A DNA stretch of 64,000 nucleotides, taken from positions 960,001 through 1,024,000 of the forward strand of contig OZ253449.1 in assembly GCA_965261345.1 (NCBI GenBank). Direction: 5' to 3'. Positions within the stretch are counted from its first letter, which is position 1. Every line of letters starts with the position of its first letter. Position numbers and translations under genes: made by a program. The notes under the pieces were generated by a model. The model searched no databases, had not been told where the DNA came from, and saw nothing but the letters and a program-made list of their open reading frames with translations. Below, one piece after another: positions 30,504 to 41,407 of the stretch. This stretch comes from Chloroflexota bacterium. GTDB lineage: Bacteria > Chloroflexota > UBA11872 > VXNJ01.

Positions 30504-31445
30504 CTAGCTTCCGGGAACGACGATGGCCTTCAAAAATCCCGGCGCGTGGTCTCTAAGCGCCTCAAATCCATCGGCGACCTTATCTAGCGGGAGCCTGTGG
30601 GTAATGATCTTGCCCATCGGAAAAACGCCGCGCCCCAACGCGGCCAGGGCGCGGGCGTAGTCGGCCGGCTGGTCGGACGAATAACCAGGGTGAACCGAAT
30701 GGGCGATCAGGCCCTTGAACGCGAAATTGCGCAGGTTGTAGACATCGTCGAGCTGGTGGTAGCCGGCCATTATCAGGCGCCCGCGCCCGCGCCGCAGCAG
30801 GTCGGCCGCCAACCGCAGGCCTGCGGGCTTGCCCACGATTTCAATTACCACATCGGCCCCGCGGCCGGTGATGTTGAGAACCTCATTGATGGGATCTGCA
30901 ACGGTCACGTGGGTGGCGCCAATTTCCAGCGCCAGCTGGCGGCGTTCAGGGATCGGGTCGACGGCGATCAGCGAACCCAACCCGGAATTCTTGAGGGCGG
31001 CAATCGTCAGCAGGCCCATCGCCCCGCAACCGACCACCACCACGTGGTCGCCAAATAGCGGCGAGGCGGCGCGGGCAATGTTGGCGACGCAGAAAAGCGG
31101 TTCGCCCAGGGCATGGGCAAGTTCGACGGTGGACGGAACCTTGAACACCTTGTCGACGCTAGCGACCGTGTAGGTGGCAAACGCCTGCGAGATTGCCCCG
31201 GTAACCCGATCGCCTTCCCTGAGCCCGGTAACGCCAGCACCCAGCGCGGCCACCGTGCCGACCCCTTCGTGCCCCAAAAAAGCCGGTTTGTCGACCGGGC
31301 GCTGGCCGGTGTAAACCGGCAGTTCCGAGCTGCAAATCCCGCAGGCGGCAACCTCGACTAAAACCTCGCCCAGCCCCGGCGCCAGTTCGACGTCGATCAG
31401 CTCAAACCGTTTGGGCTCCACCAACCCGGCCCGTGTACTCTGCAT
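30504..31445 (-). CDS. Zinc-binding MDR family dehydrogenase
   Basis: CGICSSE, GHEG, GCGAMG. Confidence 0.9.
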   Translation of the reverse strand: MQSTRAGLVEPKRFELIDVELAPGLGEVLVEVAACGICSSELPVYTGQRPVDKPAFLGHEGVGTVAALGAGVTGLREGDRVTGAISQAFATYTVASVDKVFKVPSTVELAHALGEPLFCVANIARAASPLFGDHVVVVGCGAMGLLTIAALKNSGLGSLIAVDPIPERRQLALEIGATHVTVADPINEVLNITGRGADVVIEIVGKPAGLRLAADLLRRGRGRLIMAGYHQLDDVYNLRNFAFKGLIAHSVHPGYSSDQPADYARALAALGRGVFPMGKIITHRLPLDKVADGFEALRDHAPGFLKAIVVPGS

Positions 31446-32050
31446 GACCACATCCCTTTGCAACTTAGCAAATGAATTCATGTGTATCGGCACCCGGGTT
31501 GGCAGGGCTCGGAATACCCAATCAGCATCCGGCCCGCCCTTACCTCCCAGGGGTCCCGTTTGTCAGTATGCCGCCGATCGGCGCGGCCGGCCGGGAGGTG
31601 GCCGTTGTTTGGCAGATTCGGTCCGGCGGCGCGCCCAATAGCATTGGCGGGAGCCTGCAACCCGGCCAACCGGCACTTGCAGGTTCCGGCGAGAAAGCAA
31701 CAATCTAGCAATTCCGGCCAACCCCCCAAGACCATGCCCGACCAGTCAGTCAAAATCGAAACCGCGCTCGAGCGAAAAAGTAGATCGATGAAATGTGTCG
31801 GCCCCGAACGCGACGGCCGCGATCATCCGTGCTATTTGGATGCCGCCTGCGTCCGGCCGCACCTGCCGGGCGACAACACGATCGCGATTTCCAGCCCTTG
31901 GATCGCAATTGGCTGCGAACTGTTCAATGACTGCCCCGAAACCCTTACCGACCGGCGGCCCGCGCGGGATGGACATTTTTGGGCGGTTGTCCGGGGCGGG
32001 TCCGTGCAGATCTTTTCAGCCACCTTCGGCAGCTAGGTCGCTCCGGGGCG

Positions 32051-33442
32051 ATGCACCCCCTCATCGATTCCAGCGATACCATCGCCGCCATTGCCACCGC
32101 CCCGGGGCCGGGGGCGATCGGCGTCGTGCGAGCCTCGGGCCCGCGGGCCCTGGCCGCCGCCGCCCGGGTTTTTTCCAGCCTCCACGGTGAACCGATCATC
32201 CACCGTCGGGTCGCTCTGGGTAATCTGATCGATCCCACCGACGGGGTGGTTTTCGACGAGGCCCTGCTCACGTTTTTTCAGGGACCTAATTCCTACACCC
32301 GGCAGGACTTGATTGAGATCTCCTGTCACGGCGGGCCGGCCGCGGTAAACGCCTGCCTGCGCGCCCTGCTCACGGCCGGTTGCCGGATTGCTCAACCGGG
32401 CGAATTCACCCTGCGGGCATTCATGAATGGGCGAATCGACCTGGCCCGCGCCGAAGCGGTTGCCGATATGGTTTCGGCCCCCAACGACCTCTCGCTCAAG
32501 GCCGCACGGCTACAGCTTTCGGGCGCCCTTTCCGCGAGCGTTTCATCGGTGCGTGGCCGGCTGGTAGACCTCCGGGCCCAGCTCGAGGCCGAGATCGACT
32601 TCGCCGAGGACGATGTACCGCCGATGCCCTCCGATCGGGTCGGGTCGGTGCTTGCCGACGCGCAAGCAACGATCGCGGCGGCCCTTACCGGATCGGGTGC
32701 CGGGCAACTCCTGCGCAGCGGACTGCGGATCGCTCTGGTCGGGGCGCCCAATGCCGGCAAGTCCTCCACCCTAAACCAGCTGCTGGGGCGCGACCGGGCA
32801 ATAGTTACCGCGGTACCCGGAACGACCCGTGACCTGCTTGAGGAATCCCTGCTGATTGACGGTTTGGCGGTGGTGCTGACCGATACCGCCGGGGTCCGGT
32901 CCACCGATGACGCGATCGAGGTTGAGGGAATCGAACGCACCAAGCGAGCCCTTGCCGAGGCCGATCTGGCGTTGCTGATCGTCGATGCGGCAAAACCCCC
33001 CAGTCCCGCCGATCATGCGGCGGCGGATCTGATCGCCCAGACCGGCATTCCGGGCCTGGTGCTGCTTAACAAGTCCGATCTGGGGCTCTGCTGGCAGGAT
33101 GCCGACCGGGAACGGATCGGGATTACCCCGCAGGTTGCATTTTCAGCGGTGACCGGCCGCGGATCGGGCGCGCTGAAGACCGAGCTCTCCAGGCTCGTCG
33201 GCACCGGTCGTTTGCGGTCTAACAACCTTCCGCAGACCACCAACCTGAGGCACATCGAGGCCTTGGAGTTGGCGGCCGCCGAAGTGGCCGGGGCCCAGGG
33301 CGCGCTGGATCGGGGTCTGCCGGGCGATTTTGTCTGTATCGGTCTGGCCGGGGCGATATCGGCCCTTGGCCAGATAACCGGGCAGGACGCCGGGGAAGAC
33401 TTGCTGGATGCGATTTTTTCAAAATTCTGCATCGGAAAGTAG
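32051..33442 (+). CDS. mnmE: tRNA modification GTPase
   Basis: GAPNAGKS, GTTRD, DTAG, NKSD, C-terminal FCIGK. Confidence 0.97.
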   Translation: MHPLIDSSDTIAAIATAPGPGAIGVVRASGPRALAAAARVFSSLHGEPIIHRRVALGNLIDPTDGVVFDEALLTFFQGPNSYTRQDLIEISCHGGPAAVNACLRALLTAGCRIAQPGEFTLRAFMNGRIDLARAEAVADMVSAPNDLSLKAARLQLSGALSASVSSVRGRLVDLRAQLEAEIDFAEDDVPPMPSDRVGSVLADAQATIAAALTGSGAGQLLRSGLRIALVGAPNAGKSSTLNQLLGRDRAIVTAVPGTTRDLLEESLLIDGLAVVLTDTAGVRSTDDAIEVEGIERTKRALAEADLALLIVDAAKPPSPADHAAADLIAQTGIPGLVLLNKSDLGLCWQDADRERIGITPQVAFSAVTGRGSGALKTELSRLVGTGRLRSNNLPQTTNLRHIEALELAAAEVAGAQGALDRGLPGDFVCIGLAGAISALGQITGQDAGEDLLDAIFSKFCIGK

Positions 33443-33593
33443 GTCCCGTTGCCGCTTCCCGGACCGGCCGGCGGTGAAGCCAAACTGGGAGGTCGAACCC
33501 CAGGTCGGCAATCCACCTGCCCGCAATCGTGACCGAGCCGACAGCGGGTAGGGTCCGCAACGCAAACACTTGCTAATCGAAGGAGAAGTGGCA

Positions 33594-34757
33594 ATGAAGA
33601 TCTCCGATCTGCGGATCTGGGTGGTCCGACCGGATCCCGGCGGGCGAACCTTCGTGTTCTTCCGGATCGATACCGACGCGGGGGTTTCCGGGGTCGGTGA
33701 GGCCACCAGTTCCGGCGGGGGTGGGAGCATCGTGGTGGGACAGATGGCACGATTGCTGGCCAACTCGACACTCTCGGTCGACTTTAGGGATTCAATCCTG
33801 GGGCTCGACCCGCTAAACATCGAGCTGATCTGGCACCACCTGTACCGGCGGTTCACCGGCGGCGGCGGGTTCGGCGGGTTCGTAACGACCCTTCTTAGCG
33901 GAATCGACATCGCCCTCTGGGACATTAAGGGCAAGGTGGAAGATAAGCCGATATTCAGGCTGCAGGGCGGACCGATCTGGGACGAGATTCCGCTCTATAC
34001 CCACGTGCGCCCAGGAGATCCCGAACGGGCCGCCCGTCAGGCCGCCGAGTTGGCCAGGCAGGGGTTCTTAGCGCTCAAGACCGATCCGTTCCTCCCGGCG
34101 ATGGGCAAACATCACCGGCGCTACTTGCGGGGGGAAATCCCGGCGGCGGCCGAGGCCCGGGGCATCGAGACCATCGCCGCGATCCGCCAGGCGGTCGGGC
34201 CCGAGGTGGAAATACTTGTCGATGCCCACGGCAACTTCAACGTCCCAACCGCGATCCGTCTGGCCAAGGCACTTGAACCCTACAAGATCGGGTGGTTCGA
34301 GGAACCGGTCCAACCCAACAGCAACGACGCCCTGCGGGCGGTCCGCGATGCGGTGGATGTGCCCTTGTGTGTTGGTGAACGGCTCTACCACCGCTGGGAT
34401 TTCGTGCCAATCCTTAGGGACCGCCTCGCCCAATACCTGATGCCCGACGTACTCTGGTGCGGAGGAATTAGCGAGCTGCGCAAGATCGCCAATCTAGCCG
34501 AAGCGTTTTACGTTCCGGTAAGCCCGCATGGCGCGAGCGGGCCGATCAATATCCTCGCCGGCGCCCACGCGATGATGACCGTGCCAAATTTCTACAAACT
34601 CGAAATTGGAAATATTGAGCCCGACCACCACAACCGGTTCATCAACCACCCGCTCGACATTCGGGACGGAGTGCTTTACCTGTCGGAACGACCCGGGCTA
34701 GGCGTCGAGCTAGACGAGGGGTTCCTGGACGCCCATCCCGATCCTGATTGGCGCTAG
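33594..34757 (+). CDS. Mandelate racemase/enolase superfamily acid-sugar dehydratase-like enzyme
   Basis: DIALWDIKGK, VDAH, WFEEP, GERL, PGLGVE. Confidence 0.9.
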   Translation: MKISDLRIWVVRPDPGGRTFVFFRIDTDAGVSGVGEATSSGGGGSIVVGQMARLLANSTLSVDFRDSILGLDPLNIELIWHHLYRRFTGGGGFGGFVTTLLSGIDIALWDIKGKVEDKPIFRLQGGPIWDEIPLYTHVRPGDPERAARQAAELARQGFLALKTDPFLPAMGKHHRRYLRGEIPAAAEARGIETIAAIRQAVGPEVEILVDAHGNFNVPTAIRLAKALEPYKIGWFEEPVQPNSNDALRAVRDAVDVPLCVGERLYHRWDFVPILRDRLAQYLMPDVLWCGGISELRKIANLAEAFYVPVSPHGASGPINILAGAHAMMTVPNFYKLEIGNIEPDHHNRFINHPLDIRDGVLYLSERPGLGVELDEGFLDAHPDPDWR

Positions 34758-34817
34758 CGCGCTGGCGGGCGTCCGCCGCACGTCAAATTTCGATCCTGCC
34801 GCAAAGCGGCCGCGATA

Positions 34818-36794
34818 TCAGGGCGCCTCGCCGGCGGCGACCGGATGGTCCGGATCGGCGCCGGCCTTAATGGTCGCCGCATAGGCAATGAACATCCAAA
34901 CTGCGGCCGCCAGCGCCGGCTCGGAGTAGAAATTGTCAATCGCTCCGTGGACGAGCCCGGCCGCCAGCGCCGCCAGGATCGAAAAATCGACGACCCGCAG
35001 TGCACGGGGGCGCCCTTTGGCGTCGGCCAGCAATCGGCCCGCCGCACGGAAAATGAGCAGCGCCAACAGCAGCAGGCCAGCCAATCCAAACGAAAGCCAA
35101 GCATCAAGGATCAGGTTGTGGGGGTGGGCAAGATTGGGCTCGCGCCACATTGCCGGATCGACGTATTCGGGTAAGTGGTAGAGGAAATTGTCCGGTCCCA
35201 CCCCAAGTACCAAGTTGTCCTTGGCCATCAGCATTGCCGCCCTCCAGAGGCTCACCCGCACCGCGATTGACTCGCCGCCCCAACCGAGCATTGCCGCCCC
35301 TCCCAATACTCCGGCGAGGCCTCCTGCAGCCAGCAGCGGCCAGAACTTGCTGGGTCGCCAATGCGCCCACAGCGGGAACCTCCAGTCCAGGGTGGCTAAT
35401 CCCGCCGTCGCGCCGATCAGTCCACCCCGCGAAAGAGTGGCGGCCAGGGTCAGGGCCACTAACGCAGTGGCGACGGCCAGGGCTCGCCGCCGCCAGGTGA
35501 CAGTTGTGATGATAAAGGCCGCAACCAGGATCGGTAACCCGCGTTCAAGTACGAAAGCCAGGGAATTGGGCGAGCTCCAAATCCCCTGCAGTCGTCGCAC
35601 TGACGACCCGGCCAACAGGTCCAAACCCCCATCGACCAGGGCATGAAGACCCGCGATCGCCGCGGCCGCGGCGATCGCCCAGGCCAGCATCACCCTGCGG
35701 CGACCGCTTATGTAGGTCGACAACAAAATAAACATCCAAACCGGTTCGGCCACCAGCAGCCGAAAACCACGCCAAGCAAGCCGCGAATATTCGGCCGTCG
35801 CCGTGGCAACAATCGCCGCCGCTACGAAAAGGGCGACCGCCGCCAGCCAGCCTTTGGGGATGCCCAATTCAATCCGATCCAACCAGGCCGCCCGCAAAGC
35901 CCAGGCACCGGTTAGCGCCAGCAGGCCGAGTTCGCCGGGATTGAGTTGCAGGGTTGCAAGCGGCGCCGCCGACGGCGCCAGCAGAAAACCGGCGGCCGCG
36001 ACCGTTGCCAGGGCCCAGGGCGCCAGAGCCCCGACGGCAGCCAACGCCACCAACCCACCCAGGCGAACCCAAAGTAGCGGATCACCGGTTCCCTGGCTGG
36101 GCATCGTCGCAATTAGCGCCAGCAGAATCGCCGTTACCAATAACGCCCGCCAGTCGTCTAAACGCCAGCGATCAATAAACCCGCGCCAACCAAGCGCCCC
36201 GACCAAATAACCCAGCGGGGCGAGCACCGTCAACGCGATCCCGGCCGCCAATCCAGCAAGCCCTAGCCCTTGCGGCCAGCGCGGCGGTTCATCTCCGGCC
36301 AGGGCGGCGCCCAACCGGACCAACTGACCGATCGACGCGTCGTTTCCCCGTCCGGCCACCTCCAGGGTCAGGGTGTGTGGCCCGTCGGGCAGCGATGATG
36401 CGATCGGGATGGTCACAAATCCGGGCGACGGGTCGTACAGATCGATACGGGTTTGGCCGCTTGGCAATTTATCGGCTAAATCTGCGCGCGCGTCGGACCC
36501 GTCGATCCACACCCGGAGATATCCTCCGCTGGGGCCGCGATAGGTTGCCAGATCAATGCGGCTGCCCTCAAAACGCAGTTCGGCTCGGGCGCCGGCCTGG
36601 CCGCTGTAACGGAACTGACCATCGCCGGCGGCGGCGGTTGCCCAAGGGCCGGAAAAAGACCATCCGGGCCCGGCGACAGGGAGTCCGTAAAGTGCGTTGG
36701 CGCGCGGTGCGATCGTCTCCCGCCAGGTAAATAGATAGGCGAATGCGACTATTACCGCCAACACCCCCAGTGCTGCCAGCAAGGCAGACCGCAC
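34818..36794 (-). CDS. O-antigen ligase family membrane protein with N-terminal beta-rich domain; start approximate
   Basis: Many TM segments; SSPN, TLSRGG, GVGPDNF, HPHN motifs. Confidence 0.82.
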   Translation of the reverse strand: MRSALLAALGVLAVIVAFAYLFTWRETIAPRANALYGLPVAGPGWSFSGPWATAAAGDGQFRYSGQAGARAELRFEGSRIDLATYRGPSGGYLRVWIDGSDARADLADKLPSGQTRIDLYDPSPGFVTIPIASSLPDGPHTLTLEVAGRGNDASIGQLVRLGAALAGDEPPRWPQGLGLAGLAAGIALTVLAPLGYLVGALGWRGFIDRWRLDDWRALLVTAILLALIATMPSQGTGDPLLWVRLGGLVALAAVGALAPWALATVAAAGFLLAPSAAPLATLQLNPGELGLLALTGAWALRAAWLDRIELGIPKGWLAAVALFVAAAIVATATAEYSRLAWRGFRLLVAEPVWMFILLSTYISGRRRVMLAWAIAAAAAIAGLHALVDGGLDLLAGSSVRRLQGIWSSPNSLAFVLERGLPILVAAFIITTVTWRRRALAVATALVALTLAATLSRGGLIGATAGLATLDWRFPLWAHWRPSKFWPLLAAGGLAGVLGGAAMLGWGGESIAVRVSLWRAAMLMAKDNLVLGVGPDNFLYHLPEYVDPAMWREPNLAHPHNLILDAWLSFGLAGLLLLALLIFRAAGRLLADAKGRPRALRVVDFSILAALAAGLVHGAIDNFYSEPALAAAVWMFIAYAATIKAGADPDHPVAAGEAP

Positions 36795-36835
36795 CGGCGA
36801 GGGAGTAGGGGCGGCAAAGGGACGGTTAGCGGACG

Positions 36836-37693
36836 TTAGAGGCCGATCTGGGCGGAGAGATATTCCAGGCTGGCCCCGACCGCGATTGCCGGGTCCAGCG
36901 GCGAGTAGTCCTGCTCGATGACCAGCCACCCGTCATAGTCGTTTTCGCCGAGCATGGCTACGATCTCACCGATCGGACATTCGCCCTGCCCCAACGGAGT
37001 GAAAACCCCGTCCCGGGTCGCCTGCCGAAAACTGGCACCGGCGTCAAGCGAATCCTCCAGTATCTGGGCATCTACGTCCTTGAGGTGAACGTATTCGATT
37101 CGGTCCAAATTGCCTTTAAAAAACGAAATCGGATCGATCCCACTGTAGAGGAGTTGTCCGGTATCGGGAGCCAATGCGACGGTTTGCGGATCGGTGCGGG
37201 CGATCAGCAGATCGCATTCCTCCTCGGTTTCAACGTAGGTGCCGGCGTGGGGGTGGAATGCCAGGCGCAATCCGAATTCGTGGGCCAGCATTTCTCCGGC
37301 CAGCGAGAGGCCTTCACCAAGGAAGCCCCATTGCCAATCCGACAGTCCGTCGGCGCGGCCTTCGGGGAAATGCCCGGCGGTCGCGAAGCGGTGGGGAGAA
37401 CCCGATTGGGCCGCGACGACGAATTCGGCCTCGCAGTCAGCGTAACGCTCGCCAATCTGGCGCAGGCCGTCAAACTCGCGATCGCGCCAGGCCGAATCGA
37501 ACCAGTTGGCGGCATAATATCCGCCGCTTAACCTCATTCCAGCATCGGCGAGCAGCCGTGCGAACAAGTTGGCCCGGTTTGAGTATTCGCGCATTCCCTC
37601 GACCCCGGCAAATCCAAGCTCGGCGAGGATCTCAACGATTTCCGTGTAGGGAGCCTCGCGCGGCCAAAGCATGGGGTTCACGGCAATTTGCAA
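36836..37693 (-). CDS. Sugar-phosphate isomerase/epimerase (IolE-like TIM barrel)
   Basis: FHPHAGTYVET, PDTGQ, VHLKD, WLVIEQD. Confidence 0.85.
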   Translation of the reverse strand: MQIAVNPMLWPREAPYTEIVEILAELGFAGVEGMREYSNRANLFARLLADAGMRLSGGYYAANWFDSAWRDREFDGLRQIGERYADCEAEFVVAAQSGSPHRFATAGHFPEGRADGLSDWQWGFLGEGLSLAGEMLAHEFGLRLAFHPHAGTYVETEEECDLLIARTDPQTVALAPDTGQLLYSGIDPISFFKGNLDRIEYVHLKDVDAQILEDSLDAGASFRQATRDGVFTPLGQGECPIGEIVAMLGENDYDGWLVIEQDYSPLDPAIAVGASLEYLSAQIGL

Positions 37694-37721
37694 GGGGGGA
37701 TCCGCCGCTAAAGACTAGATC

Positions 37722-37880
37722 TCAAGAGATAAAAGCGGGCAGCAACAGGCCGATTACCATCGTCAACGCCACCAGCAGGCTTATGCCATACCAGACGACC
37801 TTGATGTTTAGTACCCGGCGGCGGAGGCGGCGGAGCCGCAACCACTTGGGCGGTTGGTTACCAACTTGTTTTGAGGCCAT
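37722..37880 (-). CDS. Small basic single-TM protein
   Basis: 52 aa, Arg-rich then one TM; in line with neighbouring genes. Confidence 0.55.
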   Translation of the reverse strand: MASKQVGNQPPKWLRLRRLRRRVLNIKVVWYGISLLVALTMVIGLLLPAFIS

Positions 37881-37890
37881 CGGTTCCCGA

Positions 37891-39288
37891 TCAGCTGGGA
37901 GAGGAAGACTGCGCGTAGCCGCCGGATTCGGCAACCGCGAGCGGGCGCTGCCGTTTGGGGGTCATCGATAACAACAAAAATCCAGCTGCCCCGGACACCA
38001 ACGACCCACCCAATATTCCCAGCTTGGCGATTTCGAGCAGGGCGGGCTCGGTGAACGCCAGCTGGGCGATAAAAAGCGACATCGTAAACCCGATTCCAGC
38101 CAAGAGCCCGATTCCGGCGAACTGTCGCCAGGCAACTCCGTAGGGAGCGGTTGCCAATCCCGATTTGATCGCCGCCAGCGAACCGATCAGGATCCCTGCC
38201 GGCTTACCCAGAATCAATCCCAGTGCGATCCCTAATGGAATGGAACCCAGTCCTCCACCCGTGGGGAGGACCAATTCAACCCCGGCATTGGCAAACGCAA
38301 ACGCCGGCACGATCATATAGGTGCTCCAAGGATGGTAGGCGTGTTCGAGCTTTTGCAAGGGTGTGCGCGATTCCTCTACGGCATGCTCGAGTTTTTGCAG
38401 GGATTGTTGCTGATCCCGACTGGTCAACACCGAGCGCCCCATCTTTGTTTCGCGCTCAAATACGCGCAGCGCATCGCGCGCCCCGGCCAGGAAGCTGTCG
38501 GGGGCGATACGGATGCTCGACGGGATCGTCATCGCCGCCAGCACCCCGGCCACGGTGGCGTGGACCCCGGATAGTTCGAGCGCGTACCACATTGGAATCG
38601 CCAAAAGTAGATAGGCCAGACCCAGGCGAATGTTTAAGAACCAGAGCACCCACATCATCGCCCAAAAAAGCGTCGCCCACCCGAGCGCGGCCAGATCAAA
38701 ATCCGCCGTGTAAAAGACCGCGATGACCAAGACCGCACCGAGGTCGTCGACGATCGCTACGGCGACCAGAAACACCTTAAGCGAGGACGGTACGCGCCGC
38801 CCCAAGACGGCCAGAATCCCAACCGCGAAGGCTATGTCGGTCGCCATCGGTATGCCCCAACCGGCAGATCCGGGCCCTTCGGCGTTGAGTCCGGCATAAA
38901 TCAACGCCGGAACCAGCATCCCGCCGATCGCGGCCGCGATCGGCAACATCGCCCGCCTTGGACTACGCAGTTCGCCTACCGCGAATTCGCGCTTGATTTC
39001 AAGGCCCACGACAAAGAAGAAGATTGCCATCAGGCCGTCGTTGATCCAAAAGTGCAGCGGCTCGGAAAATCCGAACTGGCCCACCATGATCCCGATTTCG
39101 GTTTCCAGGATCTCAAAGTAGGAGTGCGCCCATCGCGAGTTGGCCCAGATAAGGGCGATCAACGCGGCGATCACCAGCAAAATCCCGCCGGATGCCTCAC
39201 GCCGGGCGAAGCGATAGAAGGAGCCGGCAACACGGTCTATCGCGACCGGCCGGATGGCGGGCTGGAGGCCCGAAACGAAGCGTCTCAC
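37891..39288 (-). CDS. nhaA: Na+/H+ antiporter NhaA
   Basis: WINDGLM, GLEIKRE, ATDIAF, AIVDD, GIGFTMSLFI. Confidence 0.96.
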   Translation of the reverse strand: MRRFVSGLQPAIRPVAIDRVAGSFYRFARREASGGILLVIAALIALIWANSRWAHSYFEILETEIGIMVGQFGFSEPLHFWINDGLMAIFFFVVGLEIKREFAVGELRSPRRAMLPIAAAIGGMLVPALIYAGLNAEGPGSAGWGIPMATDIAFAVGILAVLGRRVPSSLKVFLVAVAIVDDLGAVLVIAVFYTADFDLAALGWATLFWAMMWVLWFLNIRLGLAYLLLAIPMWYALELSGVHATVAGVLAAMTIPSSIRIAPDSFLAGARDALRVFERETKMGRSVLTSRDQQQSLQKLEHAVEESRTPLQKLEHAYHPWSTYMIVPAFAFANAGVELVLPTGGGLGSIPLGIALGLILGKPAGILIGSLAAIKSGLATAPYGVAWRQFAGIGLLAGIGFTMSLFIAQLAFTEPALLEIAKLGILGGSLVSGAAGFLLLSMTPKRQRPLAVAESGGYAQSSSPS

Positions 39289-39445
39289 CGCTTGGGTTCG
39301 CCCACGATTGCGAGGTCGATCGCGGCGAAACGGATCACGAATGATGGAACAGGCATTTGTGCCCATTTTCCCAAAGCGCAGCGCACCGTCATAATCGGGA
39401 CGCACTCAGCTTGCAAAATTCAGTCAAAGGGATCGATTTTCCCAA

Positions 39446-40354
39446 GTGGCCCAATCGGTTGAAACCACGCGATTCGGACCGCGTAAACCGCCCTGGCTCA
39501 AGGTGCGACTGCCGCTTCCTTCGCAGAGTGAACCACTGCTTAAGACTGTACGCCGCTACGGACTCGAAACCGTATGCCGCGAAGCCCGCTGTCCCAACGC
39601 TATGGATTGTCACGCCCGGGGAACTGCCACATTCATGATCCTGGGTTCGATCTGCACACGTGCCTGCCGATTTTGCGCGGTCACATCGGGCCGACCCGAA
39701 CCGGTCGACCCTCTCGAACCCGCCCGCCTGGCCCTGGCGGTGGCCGAGCTGGGCTTAAAACACTGCGTTATCACCTCGGTTGACCGAGACGATTTAAACG
39801 ACTTCGGGGCCGAGCATTTTGCATCCTGCATCCGGGCCGTCCGCCGCGCCTGCCCTGAAACCAAGATCGAGGTGCTAACCCCGGACTTTCAGGGTAGACC
39901 CGAATCTATCGCTGTGGTCGTAGATGCCCGGCCGGACGTCTACAACCACAACCTGGAGACCGTGCCGCGGCTCTCGCCGCGAATTCGCCCGCGCGCCAAA
40001 TACGAGGTTTCACTGGATCTGCTGGAAGAGGTAAAGCGCCTTGACCCGCAGATGACGACGAAGTCCGGGATCATGGTCGGATTGGGCGAGAAGACCGATG
40101 AGGTTGCCGCGGTAATGGCTGATATGCGGGCTCACCAAATCGACATCCTCACGATAGGTCAGTACCTTAGGCCCTCTCCGGCACACGCCCCAGTCGAACG
40201 TTATGTGCACCCCGATGAATTCGACGCCTGGTCCGTGCTGGGGAAGCGCCTGGGGTTTCGGCACGCATTCTGTGGCCCGTTGGTGCGAAGTTCGTTTCAC
40301 GCTGGCGAGGTTTACCAGCAGGCCGGCGGCGGGCAATCCGGGCCGGTGCACTAG
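39446..40354 (+). CDS. lipA: Lipoyl synthase
   Basis: CX4CX5C (CREARCPNAMDC), CTRACRFC, RSSF. Confidence 0.97.
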   Translation: MAQSVETTRFGPRKPPWLKVRLPLPSQSEPLLKTVRRYGLETVCREARCPNAMDCHARGTATFMILGSICTRACRFCAVTSGRPEPVDPLEPARLALAVAELGLKHCVITSVDRDDLNDFGAEHFASCIRAVRRACPETKIEVLTPDFQGRPESIAVVVDARPDVYNHNLETVPRLSPRIRPRAKYEVSLDLLEEVKRLDPQMTTKSGIMVGLGEKTDEVAAVMADMRAHQIDILTIGQYLRPSPAHAPVERYVHPDEFDAWSVLGKRLGFRHAFCGPLVRSSFHAGEVYQQAGGGQSGPVH

Positions 40355-40392
40355 CCCCGACCCGACAACATCGGCCCAGACCGACGGGATTG

Positions 40393-41388
40393 TTAAACGA
40401 CGAACTCGCGCACCGGTCGCGATTGGCGTTTCCCCAACGGCACCGGCGTTTCGATCATGATCGATTCGTTCTCAGGCAGCGGAGTTTGACCCAATTGTTT
40501 GCCGATTGTTACCACGCTCTTTAACCCTTTAAGTTTTTCGGCGCCAGCCAGCGCGGTGGCATCGCCGCCGAAATATTCAAACCAGGGCAGGCCGGCATCG
40601 GCGTAGTGTCGGGCGGTCGGCGGGTGGGTTGGAGGCCGCTCCCCGGTAATTGCCCGCCATTGGGCGGAATTGGCAACGGTGATAAAGCAGCGACTGGCGC
40701 GGCGCTGGTCCCAGGCATCCAGGCCGTACTCGTCGTCGTAGATTTCCTGGCGCATCCGCCCGCCGGGGGCCATTCCCATCTCGCCAATCGGCGCCGCGTA
40801 CACGGCCATATCCGGCAATGCTTGGTGGACAAGGTGTTCGCCGAACAACTCCTCGTAACGCTCGCGTTTCATAGGGTAGGCAACGATCTGTAAACCGCCG
40901 TTTTCGGCCTTGCCGGTCAACTGCTCCTCAGCTGAATAACCGGACCCCAGCGGCATTGCCACGAACTGGCGGATTACGCCTTTTTCAACGCAGTAGCCAT
41001 CAAGCCAGGGCTGATCGGGCACTACCACGTAGTCCTGCGGATCACGATTTAGGTGATCGGCCCATTGATCTCCGGAGACTGCGCAGATCTTGCCAGTGGC
41101 GATCTTGACGGCGAAAGGATAGTCGCCGGGCGATGAGAAATTTATCCACATCGCCTCGGCCTGATGCATCGGCATGACAACCCCACCGCGCCGGACCCAG
41201 GACCGCGGCAACCGTTGCCCGTAGTCGTCAAGGTGCCGCAATGGAAAGCTCCCCAGGCCGGGCGGCAGATAGTGATCCTCCCCATCATCGGGGATGCGCA
41301 GGGTGCGCTGAAATTCGATTGAACAGGACGCCTGTTCATGCACATCGGGGTAGCTTAATGTCAGCTCGTTATTTCTCAGGGTGATCAT
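40393..41388 (-). CDS. Conserved hypothetical protein
   Basis: 331 aa, SD AAGGAG; FQRTLRIPDD, LPPGLG, WLDG, RQFVAMPLG blocks. Confidence 0.8.
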   Translation of the reverse strand: MITLRNNELTLSYPDVHEQASCSIEFQRTLRIPDDGEDHYLPPGLGSFPLRHLDDYGQRLPRSWVRRGGVVMPMHQAEAMWINFSSPGDYPFAVKIATGKICAVSGDQWADHLNRDPQDYVVVPDQPWLDGYCVEKGVIRQFVAMPLGSGYSAEEQLTGKAENGGLQIVAYPMKRERYEELFGEHLVHQALPDMAVYAAPIGEMGMAPGGRMRQEIYDDEYGLDAWDQRRASRCFITVANSAQWRAITGERPPTHPPTARHYADAGLPWFEYFGGDATALAGAEKLKGLKSVVTIGKQLGQTPLPENESIMIETPVPLGKRQSRPVREFVV

Positions 41389-41407
41389 CGTCGGTTCTCC
41401 TTGTCGA

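Noticed and set aside
31446-32050. Long intergenic region with hairpins and short ORFs
   Set aside because: No recognisable ncRNA or protein motif; hairpins are expected at this GC content
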